DNA of 64,000 nucleotides from Ranitomeya imitator (GCF_032444005.1 NC_091284.1:151776001-151840000); one strand, 5' to 3'. Shown: positions 1 through 13,011, counted from the first letter of the stretch. Made by a program: numbers and translations. The notes: generated from the sequence alone by a model not told the origin.

Positions 1-73
1 ATAAAAAAGTTATGGCTCTGGAAATAAGGGGAGCGAAAAACAAAAAAACGAAAAAGCTCCGGGGGTGAAGGGG

Positions 74-122
74 TTAAAGCACCACTTCAGCACTGAAAAA
101 TAACACTGGAGTGCTGCTTTAA
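74..122. mobile_element. 41-bp micro-MITE of the TTAA-target (T2/Kolobok-like) type
   Basis: TTAA(74-77)-AGCACCACTTCAG...CTGGAGTGCTGCT-TTAA(119-122); 13-bp TIR with 11/13 match. It abuts GAAGGGG|TTAA, the right end of a piggyBac-type element. Confidence 0.6.
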
Positions 123-199
123 GATTCCATGGGAGAACTATAACTCCCAGCATGTCTTGAAGATCCTATGGCATGCTGGGAGTTATAGTTCACCACAGG

Positions 200-1835
200 A
201 GTGGCAGAGTGCTTTTTTATGTGTTGCAATTACTAACCTTTCAATTAATTCTTACTTGTACAGGCAGTGCAGGTCCAGGAGCCAGCCAACCACGCTGTGC
301 TGAGGTAAAGAAGGGCTGAGCATCACATGACCCCACAGAGCACTCCCTCTTATTGCCTCACCACAGGTCATGGAAGAGGAAGCTGCACTGTTTCTAGTGC
401 AGTGTCTGCAAGACCTGTGATGGCACAATCAAGAGGGAGGGCTGTGCCTTCATGTGATGCTCCAGCCCACCCTCTTCATGACCTCACCACCACCAAACGG
501 GAGTACTCAGCATCAGCACAGCCTGGACTGTGCTGCCAGGTATGCGGCAATCTCTCCTGTGGTACCCTGCTCCTGCCGCCTCCTTCTCCACCGTACACAT
601 GATCTCCCCATCCACTGCAGGAATCCGGCGCTGGGGGTCCGCTGTTTAAGTGATGGAATATGCATTTGCTGCTGCCCGCCCACTGCTCGCCACTGACAGG
701 TGGACGGGGAAGCGGCTATTGAATATTCCTTTACTTTAAGCATCGGCACCATGTGGTTTCCCCAGCACTGGATTTGTGCAGCCATGACATTTTCCTGCCT
801 CCTGCGAGTGCGATCCCACTCCACAGCTGCCCCCTCCCCACATGCTAAATTTGGACCATAAGATGAAAAAAGTGCGTCTTATGGTCTGAAAAATACGGTA
901 TTCTTGCATTTTTCTAGCATTAGTGGTATACCAAGCTGATATTTGTGCCTCCTCAGTGTGGCTGCGCGGAAAAGCAGTTTGAGCTGTTGCATGAGGTATC
1001 AGGGCTCCCAGCACAGCAGGCTTACACTGGTTCCTCATCCACCTCATCTTAATTTAAACTGAAATTCAAAGTTCTAAATGCAGGCTCAGACCCTGATACC
1101 TCATACATGACCCATGGCGACTGCTGTTGTGCCATTATAAAATTTCTACCAATTTTCTACCAATAGTATAGTCTATGAAACTGATGTTTGTGGCATGTGA
1201 GTGTGGACGAGCAAAAATCCAGTTTGAGCTATTGCATGAGTTTTCAAGGCTCCCAGCAAAGAAGGCTTACACTGGTCCTTCATCCACCTCATCTTAATTT
1301 TAAATTTAAATTAAAAACTATAAATGCTGGCACAGATCCTGACACCTCATGCATGGCCTATAGCTGACTGCTACTGTGCCATTCTAAAATTTCTACTGTG
1401 GGTGAATTGATGCCACTGTTCCTGTTGTATGCCCCTAATTTTTGGAATTGTTTAGACTCCAAGGTGGGTCTCCATCATGTACCTTGCCTGAATTTGGCAG
1501 GGCTCTCAGAGCACTAGGCTTACACCTGTCACTCATCCACCTGTTACTAATCATTGTTTCAGCTAGAAATGGTGGACCAAGCCCTGTCCCATTCATCCAT
1601 GCTGCGCAATTATACTATTTGTACTCTGGGTCAATTGATGCCACTTTTCCTGGTGTCTGCCCCTAATTTGAGCTATTTGGAAAGCTTTTTGCCCCCCTTA
1701 ATTTGTTGCCTATGCATTTGGTTTTGCCTCTAGTTGAATTCAATGGGGTTCAACAAACTGTTCGGTGAACATGTTCGGTGAAAATTGGGACGTTCACCGA
1801 ATTGAACTGAACATTGAAAGGTTCGCTCATGTCTA
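200..1835 (+). mobile_element. Degenerate hAT-family remnant (right part)
   Basis: Ends in GTTCGCTCATGTCTA (~1821-1835), the inverse of the TAGAGATGAGCGAAC-type TIR seen in other hAT elements here. A frameshifted SCPPASV-like dimerisation-domain trace lies near 790-815, and there are ~220-bp subterminal duplications (940-1400). Confidence 0.4.
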
Positions 1836-1934
1836 GTTAGAAGCACTTGTAGAACTTTGTCAACATGTCATCCCATAAACTCAATGACCGTATAATACAG
1901 ACACTGTCTAAAAGAATAGTTACTATTTTTCTAC

Positions 1935-2097
1935 CTGTCTTGTGGCAGCTTGCCTCCTCCAAGCTTCACTACTGTACTGTAAATATCCATGAGACTTGTT
2001 GGTTTATCAATTATAGTACTTGCAGGAAGAACACCCGGCCAACGTAGGATTCCTGGCACTCGTATCCCACCTTCCAGTCCTCCCATACCTTTACCAC
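1935..2097 (-). CDS. Arylsulfatase (ARSD/E/F/H-like) internal exon, 163 nt
   Basis: AG at 2099-2098 and GT at 1934-1933. Encodes [55 protein letters not shown], phase 1 to 2. Size and motif match the ARSD/E/F/H exon as I recall it. Confidence 0.95.
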
Positions 2098-2798
2098 CTA
2101 TGCGGTGTAGACCAGGGAAAAATGTATGCATGGTTAGATAGCAGATGGATAAGTGGTGTATAAGCAAAAATTGCTTCATAGTGATGAAAAAAATATACAA
2201 GGGGGTGCCCACTATTTTGGACCAAGGACTATACAGTATATATAGTATTATCAGACAGGACATACATAAATTCTAAGTTATTAATACATAATCATTACCA
2301 TTTATGGAGAAAAGGAAGTGCCATATCGGAGATCAAAAGAATGTCCCATTTACAGCTCCTGGATAGAAAGACGTATTTGCTTCCTCTTCCATGCCATTTC
2401 CGTGTCCCTTTAGTCAATTTCCAAGTCACTTTTTGATTACAATATAGTTCATCTAGAGTGTGGAGTCTAGGACAAGTACGCCAACCCAGTAGTATAAAGA
2501 ATGGGCAAAGATCCCAAGAATAGATGTGTTGGCTTCTTGCTTATAATCACACTGTTACTAATATGTGGATTGGTAATTAACAATAGGTTGGAATATTGCC
2601 AAGACTATCTGCTTCTCACAAAAAAATACACATTGCAAGACTCTAGTACACTTTGACACACATTATTTGTATGTATAGTTATTAAGCAAAACAAGGCGCA
2701 AGAATAAAATCCTTTTTATAGAGATGACATTTACAGTAATAAAAATGTCATCTCTATAAAAATATATTACAGAGATAAATATGATTTACTTTATCTGA

Positions 2799-3250
2799 TG
2801 TGACACTGGTCACTACCCACGGACAAGCCGCAAGGTAGTCAAGAGGTCCGAGGTCAAAAGCTAGCAGGGTACGTCATAGACAGACGGGTAAGACAAAGGT
2901 GTAGTCAGGTCACTGTCCGGGATCAGAATTTTCAGAAGGTAGAGGATTACAACAAAAGGGCTAGGCAAATGTAAGGTCCCAAACAAATCCAAGGTTGAGC
3001 AACAAAGATCAGAAGTCAAGATTAGGGGCACTTAGCACACACACATACATCTTGAGTAAAGCTACAATTGGATGGCTAAACTGTCATTCAATACATTGAC
3101 ACCTCAGCACACCCCAGCATCGGATTGGATCTCTGAGCTGTCAATTACCATACTTGTCATTCCTTCACAGAAATGCATGTAACCAGTTTTGCTTATGCCT
3201 TTGTAACAACATTGAATTTAGTGTCTTGTGATGACTTAACCAACAGCACC
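2799..3250. mobile_element. LTR-like fragment (approximate bounds)
   Basis: Starts TGTGAC and has the repeated GTAGTCA/GGTC pattern typical of reverse-oriented Gypsy LTRs. No TSD found. Confidence 0.3.
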
Positions 3251-3253
3251 TTC

Positions 3254-3796
3254 TGTTGATATGTTTTCTCATTGTGACCTATTTATTTCTGCCTCATTTG
3301 TTATCAATGCAGTCAAACTGTTGCTCCTTAGGCTTCCGTAGATTCCCATCAGCCTCTTCACTAGCCTTGTACCTTCCTTTTGTGCAGCATCCATCTTGTC
3401 CCCTTGGAAGTTGACATGCTGATTGTCTCTCTAGATTTCAGCCCTTCTGGTTGCTCACCTCCACGTAGAGCAGTCGGTGAGTTATTATGTTCCTCTTGTT
3501 AGCGCTCACTGTATTGTATGATGCATCTGCTCTGTTCTTTATGATGTTTTATTGAACAGTCTCTTTAGCATTTAGCGATCTCTGCCATTCGCCATGTTAT
3601 ATAATTATGTTGTGTGTGACCTGTACCATATGTAATGCTATGTACCTCAGATATGCTGCATAATTTGTACTAAGTACTTTGATTTTTCTTGCAGTTTTAC
3701 ACTGATCTGATCAATAAAAGTTGAAAATGGACCCCCGCGTCTATCTCAATACACTGTTAGGATAGAGTTTACCTGCCAACTCATTCTTCTTGAACA
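3254..3796 (+). mobile_element. Probable solo LTR
   Basis: TGTTGA...TGAACA termini and AATAAA at 3713-3718. No TSD seen. Confidence 0.45.
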
Positions 3797-5621
3797 GAGT
3801 GAGGGTGCCAGAACAGTACTGACTAGAGATGGGTGAACCCGAACAGTAAAGTATGGTGTCTGTACGGAACTCCAACTGTTTGGGCATGGACACTGAACAC
3901 GGACTTCACTGCTGGTCAGAGAGCCGCAGTTCCCATGCTGCCAAATGAAAGCATGATCCTGCAGCTGTGATCGGAGGTATAAAGATTACCTTTAGTCACT
4001 GGTGTCGGCTGATGGGACTACTGTTTCCATCAGTCTACACCTGATGCCACTAATGGTAGTGAGAGCAGGAGCGACTGCTGGGAGTATTCATCAGTCGATG
4101 CCTGTGCTGTAAATAAATAATTTAAAAAAAACAGCCTGGGTTCCCCTGTATTTTTCATAACAAGCCAGACAAAACTCAGAGCTGGAGGCTGCAACCCTCA
4201 GTGGTCACCTTCAGAAAGGCTGGTTATCAAGTATAGAGGGTTCCCACACTGTTTATTTTAAACTATTTAAATAAATAATAAATAAAACGACATTTTTGAC
4301 AACTAGCCTAGTTAAAGCAGACAGCTGGAGGCTGGTATTCTGAGGTTGGTAAGAGGCCATGGATATTCCCCCCCCCCCCAGCCTAAAAATAGCAGCCCGC
4401 AGCAGGCCAGAAAAGGCACATCTTTTAAATGCGCCAATTCTGTCACTTTGCCTGGCTCTTTCCACTTGCCCTGTAGCGGTGGCAAGTTGGGTTCATATTT
4501 GTGGGGTTGGTGTCACCTATAAGACACCTATCCATTACTAATCCTATAGTTGTATTGTTACTAAAGACACAGCCAAAATAAAGTCCTTAATTTGAAATTA
4601 AACAAAACACACTTTTACTTTTTTTTATTTAAAAATAGCAAACAGTTATACTCACCTAACACCCATTCCATTGAATCCCTCATCACCTGCAATAAAGCAA
4701 AAAAGACAAAAACAACAATATCCCTTACTTGGGATATTTTTGTGCTTTATTTTTGTTTTATTACAGTAGACGAGGGATTCAATGAAATGGGCGTTGACAT
4801 GAGTAAGGTTAAATTTAGAATCATTAAAGGAGTCTGTGTCATTATTTCATATAAAAGACTTTACTCTGGCTGTGTGTTTATTTACAATTTAACTATAGGA
4901 TTGGTAATGGATATGTGTCTTATAGACGCTTCTCCATTACTAATCCGTTGGCTTGATGTCACCTGACATTACAAAGGTGACATCAGCTAGTTGGAAAAGC
5001 AATACAAAGCGACAGACTTGGCGCATCTATTAGATGCATCTTTTCTGGGTGGCTGTGAGATGCTATATTTAGGCTGGATGGGCCAATATCCATGGTGCCT
5101 TAACAGCCTGAGAATACCAGCCTTCAGCTGTCTGCTTTAGCTTGGCTGGTTGTCAAAGGTGGGGTGACCCCACATTGTTTTTTTTAAATTATTTGTTTAA
5201 TTAAAAAAGTGACGTGTGGACCCCTCTATTCTTCATAACCAGCCTTGCTAATCCTGACAGCTGAGGCGAGTATTGCCTGGCTAATTATCCCTCCGTCACA
5301 TACAATATTCGGACTAACGAGTTCACATACAATGTGCCTGTCAGGCGCCTGCTGGAAAAATACCTATAATATCTAATGTTTGCAATTTCAGTGCTCTAAA
5401 AGTGATCAGTGACCTTCATAAGGATGTAATAAAAGAGACTACACATAATCAGTTGCAAAAAAAACCCATTTACTTAACATAAAACTAATAACTATGAAAT
5501 ACAAACTTTTCAAAACTCCCGCCAAATAGTCCCCAGTTCGACTCTCTCAAAAAAATGTACAAAGAAAATTTTTGAACACAAACTTAATTTTAAGGTACCT
5601 TAAGTACTATTAAAAACATAT

Positions 5622-7387
5622 TCAATCAGAAGTAGATGCTGAGGTTTCCCCAGAAAAGTCACACTTGCAGAGCAAATAGCAAGAATTACACACCATTTTT
5701 GCATGTGTCAGGCAAATTGCTTTATGACATTTGAGACATTCATAATTTGAAAGCCTTCTGGTTCCGCTTTCCGTTTGGCAGGTGGTGCATCTCCTTCTTT
5801 TGTGAGGTGGTGCAGATGGTGACTTTTCACCATCATCTTCTGGGCGGAAGCTTTTGAGCTGAAGTTGAAGGCGAGAGGGGATACCGATTGTTTTCACGCT
5901 TCTCCTCCGTAGCTCTCCAAGTACTAGTTCATGGGCCAATTTTTTCAGATACAATCGTCTACGGAGTGGTTTTCAAGATAAATTACTTGTGAATTTATAC
6001 CACCCAAATTCAACATAGCAAAAAATATGACCATTGGCCAGCGTTTGATGTTTCTGCTGACGTTGAAAGTGGAGCACATCTGATCTGCTGTATCCACACC
6101 CCCTTTGGTGGCATTGTAAAATGTAATTATCTCCGGTTTTTTTTCTGCCCCAGTCCCAGGATCGATGGCAGCATCATCATGAAGTGTTGATAGAAGAAGT
6201 ACGATTTTTTTGGCATGTGGTACATAGGAAACTAAAGCCTTTCCATTATGGAATGCAAACATACTGCTGTACTGTTGTCTCTCTTTCACACTTACAAACT
6301 GTGGCGGCAATTCCCTTTTGTTTTTTCTTACAGTTCCCACATATGACAGCTTCTGAATTTTCAGATAATCAATCAGATCACCACTTGTAAACCAATTGTC
6401 AGCTGTAATATTGCGACCCGATCCAAATAAGGGTTCAGCCAGTCTTTTTACAACATCAATGGGTTTGTTGCTCACACATTAAGGACCTTCTGGTTGTTTT
6501 CCTGCAGAAACTTCCAGGTTGTAAGTGTAGGTCTTACTGGCATCAACAAGGGCATAAATTTTTATTCCATATTTGTTTGGCTTTGATGGAATATATTGAC
6601 GAAAGGCACATCTACCACGAAAACCAGGGAGCATTTCGTCAATAGTGAGATTCTCTCCAGGGTAATAACTTTGTTTACAGTTTACAACAAATCTTTGAAA
6701 TATATCACGAATTGGAGCAAGTCGGTCATGTGTTTTGCGTTCGGTTCGGGTAGTTCTGTCGTCAAACCGAAGGCAACGAATTAGAATCTTGAATCTGTTT
6801 ATTGACATAACAAGGCTAAATTTTTCAACTCCATCCCCATCTTTACCCCAAAGTTCCTCCAAACTTTGTCTATTTGCCCTATAAGCTCCTGCAAGGTACA
6901 GTAATCCAAAAAAAGCACGCAGTTCTATTTCATCTGTGGGCTTGATGGTTCTGTTGCAGATGTACTTGTCCTTTATAATGTCTATATATTGGTTGGTATA
7001 TGTGACAATAGAGTCCAGAATGTCATCTGTAAATATACTGTTCCAGCATTCAACTGCAGTTTTTGCATTACGTGCAGTTCCTATTACTGCAGGAAGGTGA
7101 GTAATAATGTTTAAAGGTTCCCTACGTTTTTTCTGGAATGGCTTCTTGTTCCATTTAGTATTTTTATCTTTTCCAATATAATATGATCCAACTTCTTCAT
7201 CCTCACCACTGTCACCATCTTGCTCTGTTTCAGAATCCAGGACACATTCTTCCACCTCATCATGAGAATCAATCTCACTTTCCTCTCCTAAATCCTCATT
7301 CAGTGTGAGGTCTCTATCATCTAACAGCATGTTTGTTACTTCCTCAACATCAAGTTGTTTGGATAAATTGTACATTTTCCTCTCCAT
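5622..7387 (-). pseudogene. piggyBac transposase with one nonsense codon (6481-6479) and one frameshift (~5965)
   Basis: ATG at 7387. All three catalytic Asp motifs are present (TIDEML, TADNWFTS, GGVDTADQM), plus the C-terminal Cys-rich domain RRRCTTC...CLKCHKAICLTH...CNSC. Confidence 0.92.
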
Positions 7388-7400
7388 TTCAGCAGATAAT

Positions 7401-7427
7401 CTGAAGCAAGAGAAGGAATATGTTAGG
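7401..7427 (-). promoter_or_regulatory. 3' splice acceptor 13 nt upstream of the piggyBac ATG
   Basis: Minus strand reads CCCTAAC (branch point) ATATTCCTTCTCTTGCTTCAG|ATT. A candidate donor CA|GTAAGG lies at 7574. Confidence 0.65.
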
Positions 7428-9120
7428 GAACTACTGTATATGCCTGAGCAGCACACTTTCTTTTATAAAATCTCCCTTATTTCTATGAAATATCCTCACA
7501 TTTTGTGCTATACATTCATAAAACAAGCTAAATAAACTATTGTGATGAATAAAAACATAAAATACCAACCTTACTGAATGTGACGTATTCACATACAATG
7601 AGCCTGAGAGATCTGTGCAGCTATATCCTCTCCCCTGAAGCTCTGAAATCCAACTGTGATATCAGGTTTCACAGACCTTCAAGAGACAGGAGACTACCTG
7701 GAGGGAGGGGGTTTCCTCACAATCTGGTGAGGAAGGAGAAATGAAAGTAAAAGAGAAGCGCCTGTCAGATCAGTTGTATGTGACGGAGGGTTATAAAGAA
7801 AAACAGGGAACTCACATCATTTTTTAAAAATTATTTATTTAAAGTCTCTCGGTTCAGTGCTGAGCTCAGAGAGTTCACCGCAGATCACTATGAGAAATTT
7901 CTCACAGTGAACTGTGGTGAACTCTGAGCTCAGCGCTGCACCATGAGACTTTCTCAGTGTGCTAGTGAGGATCTCACCAAGGTTACGGCAGTTCATCCCA
8001 GCTGCGAATGCAGCCTCAGTGACCAGAGGTAACCTCGATAATGTCACCATTAGTCACTGACGCTAGACTCTCAGCAGCTCATTCCTGAGTGGTTCTCAGC
8101 CTTGACCGTGGCATCTTGAAAACTGTGTATCCCCAGACATGGAATACAACATTGGGCAGAACGACAGACAGGTGAGGGATATTGTTGTTTTTTAATTTTT
8201 GTTTAGTCCCCATCCCAGTGCACGAGGGATTCAATGGAATGGATGTTAGGTGAGGTATAACTGTTTGTTTTTTTAAAAATGGAAAAGTGTGTTTTTGTTT
8301 TTTTTTCAAATGAAAGACTTTATTCTGGCTGTGTCTTTATTTACAATACAACTATAGGATTAGTAATGAATAGGAGTCTTATAGATGCTTCTCCATTCCT
8401 AAACTGTAGGCTTAATGTCACCTGACAATACAAAGGTGACATTAACCCCACAAATATGAACCCAATTACCAAAGCTACATGGCAAGTGTGAAGAGTCGGG
8501 TAAAGTGCCAGAATTGCTGCATCTAATAGATGTGCCTTTTCTGGCCAGCTGTGGGCTGCTATTTTTAGGCTGGGTAGCAAATATCCATGGCCCCTTACCA
8601 GCCTGAGAATACCAGCCCCTAACTGTCTGCTTCACCTTGGCTGGATATCAAAAATACGCCTTTTTTAATTATTTATTTAAATAAGAAACAGCTTGGGGAG
8701 CCCTTTATTCTTGATAACCGGCCTTGCAAAAGCTGACAGCTCAGGGTTGCAGCCCCCAACTCTGAGTATTGCCTGGCTGGTTATCAAAAATATAGGGGAA
8801 CCCGTACTGTTTTTTTTTTAATTATTTATTTACAGCGCAGGTGCCGACTGACTATTACTCCCATCAGTCACCCAGTGACCGGAGGTAAACTTTATAACGC
8901 CGCTCACAGCTGTGTGCTCACGCTGTCTTTTGACAGCATGGGAACCGCGTGGCTGTCTGGCAGGGATGATCTTACTGCCGATTAGAAATGGTGTTTGCCA
9001 CGCTGTCATGCACATGGATGTTTGGGCCCCCCATTCCAGTTCATGGGCATCCGGGTTCAAGTCCGGGTACTGTTCTGGTACCCGAACCCAAACATTTTAT
9101 AACTGTTCAGCTGAACCTAC

Positions 9121-10190
9121 CTGTGAAGACACGGGGGGTCACCCCAGTTCATCAGCCGAAAACACATGGACCATGGATTTTCCCGCTAAGCGCCCGTTCT
9201 TCCTTTAATGTGGGCATAACCTTATTCAGATAACACACGGTCAGGGTAAAACAATGTGGCAATACTTTATTGAACCACAAAGCAGGCAGAAAACACGTAG
9301 AATAGTCCCAGCAAAATACCCCAAGTTGGTGCACATTACAGAGTCTCAATTTTCCGCTGACTCACAAGGTGATAATAGCAGCTGTTACTTCAGAGCTTCC
9401 AGGGTCGACTACCCCATCTCTGGCATGCACACAGAGGAGGTAACAACAAGCATAGGAAGATAACAGTCCATTCAGTTGACCTGAAGATCACAACCTGGCT
9501 TCATCTTCCAGGATTGACTACTCCACCTGTGGCACACACACTGAGAGGAGGTAACGACAAGCATTGGAAGATGACAGTCCATTCAGGTACAAGGCCATTG
9601 TCACAATCCATTTTTGGATTCCTGGCAGCTCTGGTTCAACTCTATTTTAAATGTTGCTTTCAGGACCATCGGGGGTTAATATTAGTTTTCCCCCTGCTGG
9701 CAATATGGTGTAACTGCAGTGCTGCTGGGCAGCTGATGTGGTGGTGACCACTCCAACCATCCTTTAAATGCTCACGTGATGCATCAGCTGACTGTTGGTG
9801 ATAGAGTTTCTCTATGGAGACCAGACTTGCAGTGGCAGCTCTCTGGTGTCTGCTGTTTCTGGAGTTTGGAGTCCAGCTTCTGTGTCATCTGCAGTGTGGA
9901 GCTTGACAGCGGAGTTTGAAAGCCAAGTGTGGTGTTTTCTCCTCATCCCTTTCATGCTAGTCACTGTCCCCATGTGATACTATCTGCAGTGATGAGGCTA
10001 GCATTCCTTGCCGGTCAGTGCACTAGCCAGGGCAGTATGAGGTGCCAGTGGGGGACGAGGTTTCTGATGGCGATGGGGGGAAAGACCTGCTTAGGGCATT
10101 AGGGGAATGCAGGGTCAGGCTCAGGTTTGAGCAAAAGGTGACCATTCCTTCATTTCCCTATTGATAGGGCCTTCCTCCCCCTTTCCATTC
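9121..10190. mobile_element. LTR-derived fragments (approximate bounds)
   Basis: Starts TGTGAAGAC, has a minus-strand AATAAAG near 9265 and LTR-like composition. Termini and TSD not resolved. Confidence 0.35.
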
Positions 10191-10940
10191 CATTATGTGC
10201 TTGTTGTGCCATCCACTACCGACATCCCATGGGCTCATTATATATATCGTGACAGCCATGGAGCCAGGCAACCGTCAGATCCCAATCCTGGCTTTCTTCA
10301 AAAATATCCACAGGTGCCAGGTGACCGAATGGTCCCAACCTAGGTTTCACAAACGTATCCATAGTTCAGTGTTGGTCAATGGTGCAGATCTGTATTCTTC
10401 CAAGCGGGGCTTAAGTCCCATAAACTGGCATACTGTAGAATAATAAATCTGTGTCCCTTGCGATGCAGCCATGATGTCTTGGCTGCTGTGCTGTCTCTGG
10501 TCCTTTTGATGTCTGGATGTTTCTCTGGCTCTCTCTGTCTTTCCAAGAGGCATATCATTTCTTTTTATGTTTAACAATAAACACATACATTCAAAAGTCA
10601 ACATACAGATCACAGTCTATTCTTTCTTGCTTGCTAAAAATAGTCGACTGGTTATTAAAGATACAATGCTGTGTCTCCACCTAGCCAGACTCGAACATAC
10701 AGGTGTCCGCTCATCTTCCATACAGACTGCTCAGCATGCCCCTGTTCTAGACTGGAACTGTCATTCACTGCATCCCGACACACTAACAGGAGGATTCGTC
10801 ACATCTGATTGCAACAATATTACTAAAAGATACCATATGTCAGTTGGCATCATGCAATATAACATAAGACTAAATGTGAATTTTCGCATTCACAATATAC
10901 AACGTTACAAAAAGATGTTCATTCGGGTTTCATTATTTAC

Positions 10941-11075
10941 CTCTATAAATGCCATTACTGCCTTTAAGGTGAGGACTTCCGTCCATTCCTTCCAAATATG
11001 CACCATGATCAGAAGAAAAGTAAGTTAATGTGTTGTTTATTAATCCTCCTTGATCAATGGACTCAAGGATTTGCC
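10941..11075 (-). CDS. Arylsulfatase internal exon, 135 nt (SDHG motif); not present in the ORF track
   Basis: AG at 11077-11076 and GT at 10940-10939. Encodes (G)QILESIDQGGLINNTLTYFSSDHGAYLEGMDGSPHLKGSNGIYR(G), phase 1 to 1. Confidence 0.95.
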
Positions 11076-11385
11076 CTATGTGGATGAAAAAAATGAAATA
11101 TTCAATTTTTTTTCCTTGTCATATTTTACCCATTTACTGTATACTTTATGGAATAAAAACACAAGAAGAAAAATGAAAATTAAATACATACATTTACATT
11201 CATAATAAAATCGTTCCAAAAGACCATTTTGTTTTTTAAAAAAACAACCTCCTATATACATCAGATTTCATGAGTAATTTTTCCATAAATATTATGCATA
11301 CAAGCCTTTTTCTTTGAAAAGACCATTAGAGCACCACATTTTGATGCAGTTTTGGATGGTTGTCTAAGAGAGGTTTCAATATATA

Positions 11386-13011
11386 CAGTGGGTACAGAAA
11401 GTATTCAGACCCCTTTAAAATTTTCACTCTTCGGTTCATTGCAGCCATTTAATAAATTCAAAAAAATTCATTTTTTTCGCATTAATGTACACTCTGCACC
11501 CCATCTTCACTGGAAAGAAAACAGAAATGTAGAAATATTCGCAAATTTAATAAAAAAACCAACTGAAATATCACATGGTCATACGTATTGAGACCCTTTG
11601 CTCAGACACTCATATTTAAGTCACATGCTGTCTATTTCCTTGTGATCCTCCTTGAGATGGTTCTACTCCTTCATTGGAGTCCAGCTGTGTTTAATTAAAC
11701 TGATAGGACTTGATTTGGAAAGGCACACACCTGTCTATATAAGACATCACAGCTCACAGTGCATGTCAGATCAAATGAAAATCATGTGGTCAAAGGAACT
11801 GGCCAAGATGCTCAGAGACAGAATTGTGGCAAGGCACCGATCTGGCCAAGGTTACAACTAAATTTCTGCTGTACTCAAAGTTCCTAAGAGCACAGTGGAC
11901 TCCATAATCCTTAAATGGAAGAGTTTTGGGACCACCAGAAATCTTCCTAGACCTGGCCTGAGCAATTGTGGGAGAAGAGCCTAGATGAGAGAGGTAAAGA
12001 AGAACCCCCAAATCACTGTGGCTGAGCTTCAGAGATGCAGTAAGGAGATGGGAGAAAGTTCCACAAAGTCAACTATCACTGCAGCCCTCCACCAGTCGGG
12101 CCTTTATGGTAGAGTGGCCCGACGGAAGCCTCTCCTTAGTGCAAGACATATGAAAGCCTGCATAGAGTTTGCTTAAAAAAAACACATGAAGGACTCTCAG
12201 ACTATGAGAAATAAGATTCTCTGGTCTGATGAAACAAAGATAGACCTATTTGGTGATAATTCTAAGAGTCATGTGTGGAGAAAACCAGGCACTGCTCATC
12301 ACCAGCGCAATACAATCCCAACAGTGAAACATAGTGGTGGAAGCATCATGCTATGGGGGTATTTTTGAGCTGCAGGGACAGGACGATTGATTGTCATTGA
12401 AGGAAACATGAATACGGCCAAGTTCAGAGATATAATGGATGAAAACCTCTTCCAGAGTGCTCTGGACCTCAGACTTGGCCGAAGGTTCACCTTCCAACAA
12501 GACAATGACCATAAGCACACAGCTAAAATAACAAGGGAGTGGCTTCAGAACAACTCTGTGACCATTCTTTACTGTCCCAGCCAGAGCCATGACCTAAACC
12601 CAATTGAGCATCTCTGGAAAGACCTGAAAATGGCTTTCCACCAATGTTCACCATCCAACCAGATGGAACTGGAAAAGATCTGCAAGGAAGAATGTCTGAG
12701 GATCCCCAAATCCAGGTGTGAAAAACTTGTTTCATCATTCCCAAGAATACTCATGGCTGTACTAGCTCAAGAGTGCTTCTACTCAATACTGAGCAAAGGG
12801 TCTGAATACTTATAACCATGTGATATTTCAGTTTTTCTTTTTTTTTTATAAATTTGCAAAAATGACTACATTTCTGTTTTTTTTTCCAGTCAAGATGGAG
12901 TGCAGAGTGTACATTAATGAGAAAAAAATGAACTATTTTGAATTTACCAAATGCCTGCAATGAAACAGAGTAAAAAACTTAAAGGGGTATGACTACTTTC
13001 CGTACCCACTG
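11386..13011 (+). mobile_element. Tc1 element, 1626 bp, decayed transposase
   Basis: TA-CAGTGGGTAC...GTACCCACTG-TA with long TIRs. Fragments read MWSKELAKMLRDRIV, WSDETK, FQQDNDHKH, DLNPIEHLW, with stops and frameshifts. Confidence 0.93.

Larger units (their letters stand above)
5289..7790 (-). mobile_element. Full-length piggyBac transposon, 2502 bp, TTAT target duplication
   Basis: Perfect 17-bp TIR CCCTCCGTCACATACAA (5289-5305 / 7774-7790). TTAT lies on both sides (5285-5288, 7791-7794). Contains a transposase pseudogene. Confidence 0.95.
3824..9117. mobile_element. Large non-autonomous hAT-type element hosting the piggyBac
   Basis: Starts TAGAGATGGGTGAACCCGAAC and ends in degenerate GTTC-rich terminal repeats near 9040-9117. 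Internal blocks recur at 4150-5280, 8200-8830 and 47900-49450. Confidence 0.5.

Noticed and set aside
135-191. Perfect 20-bp hairpin GAACTATAACTCCCAGCATG as a pre-miRNA
   Set aside because: Sits between transposon ends and resembles a common MITE-internal inverted repeat; no expression evidence.
7388-10941. In-frame sulfatase-piggyBac fusion protein
   Set aside because: The phase-1 host exon plus 13 nt to the ATG is out of frame, and the transposase has internal lesions.
10567-11028. 153-aa plus-strand ORF
   Set aside because: No recognisable motif; it overlaps the true minus-strand exon 10941-11075 in antisense.
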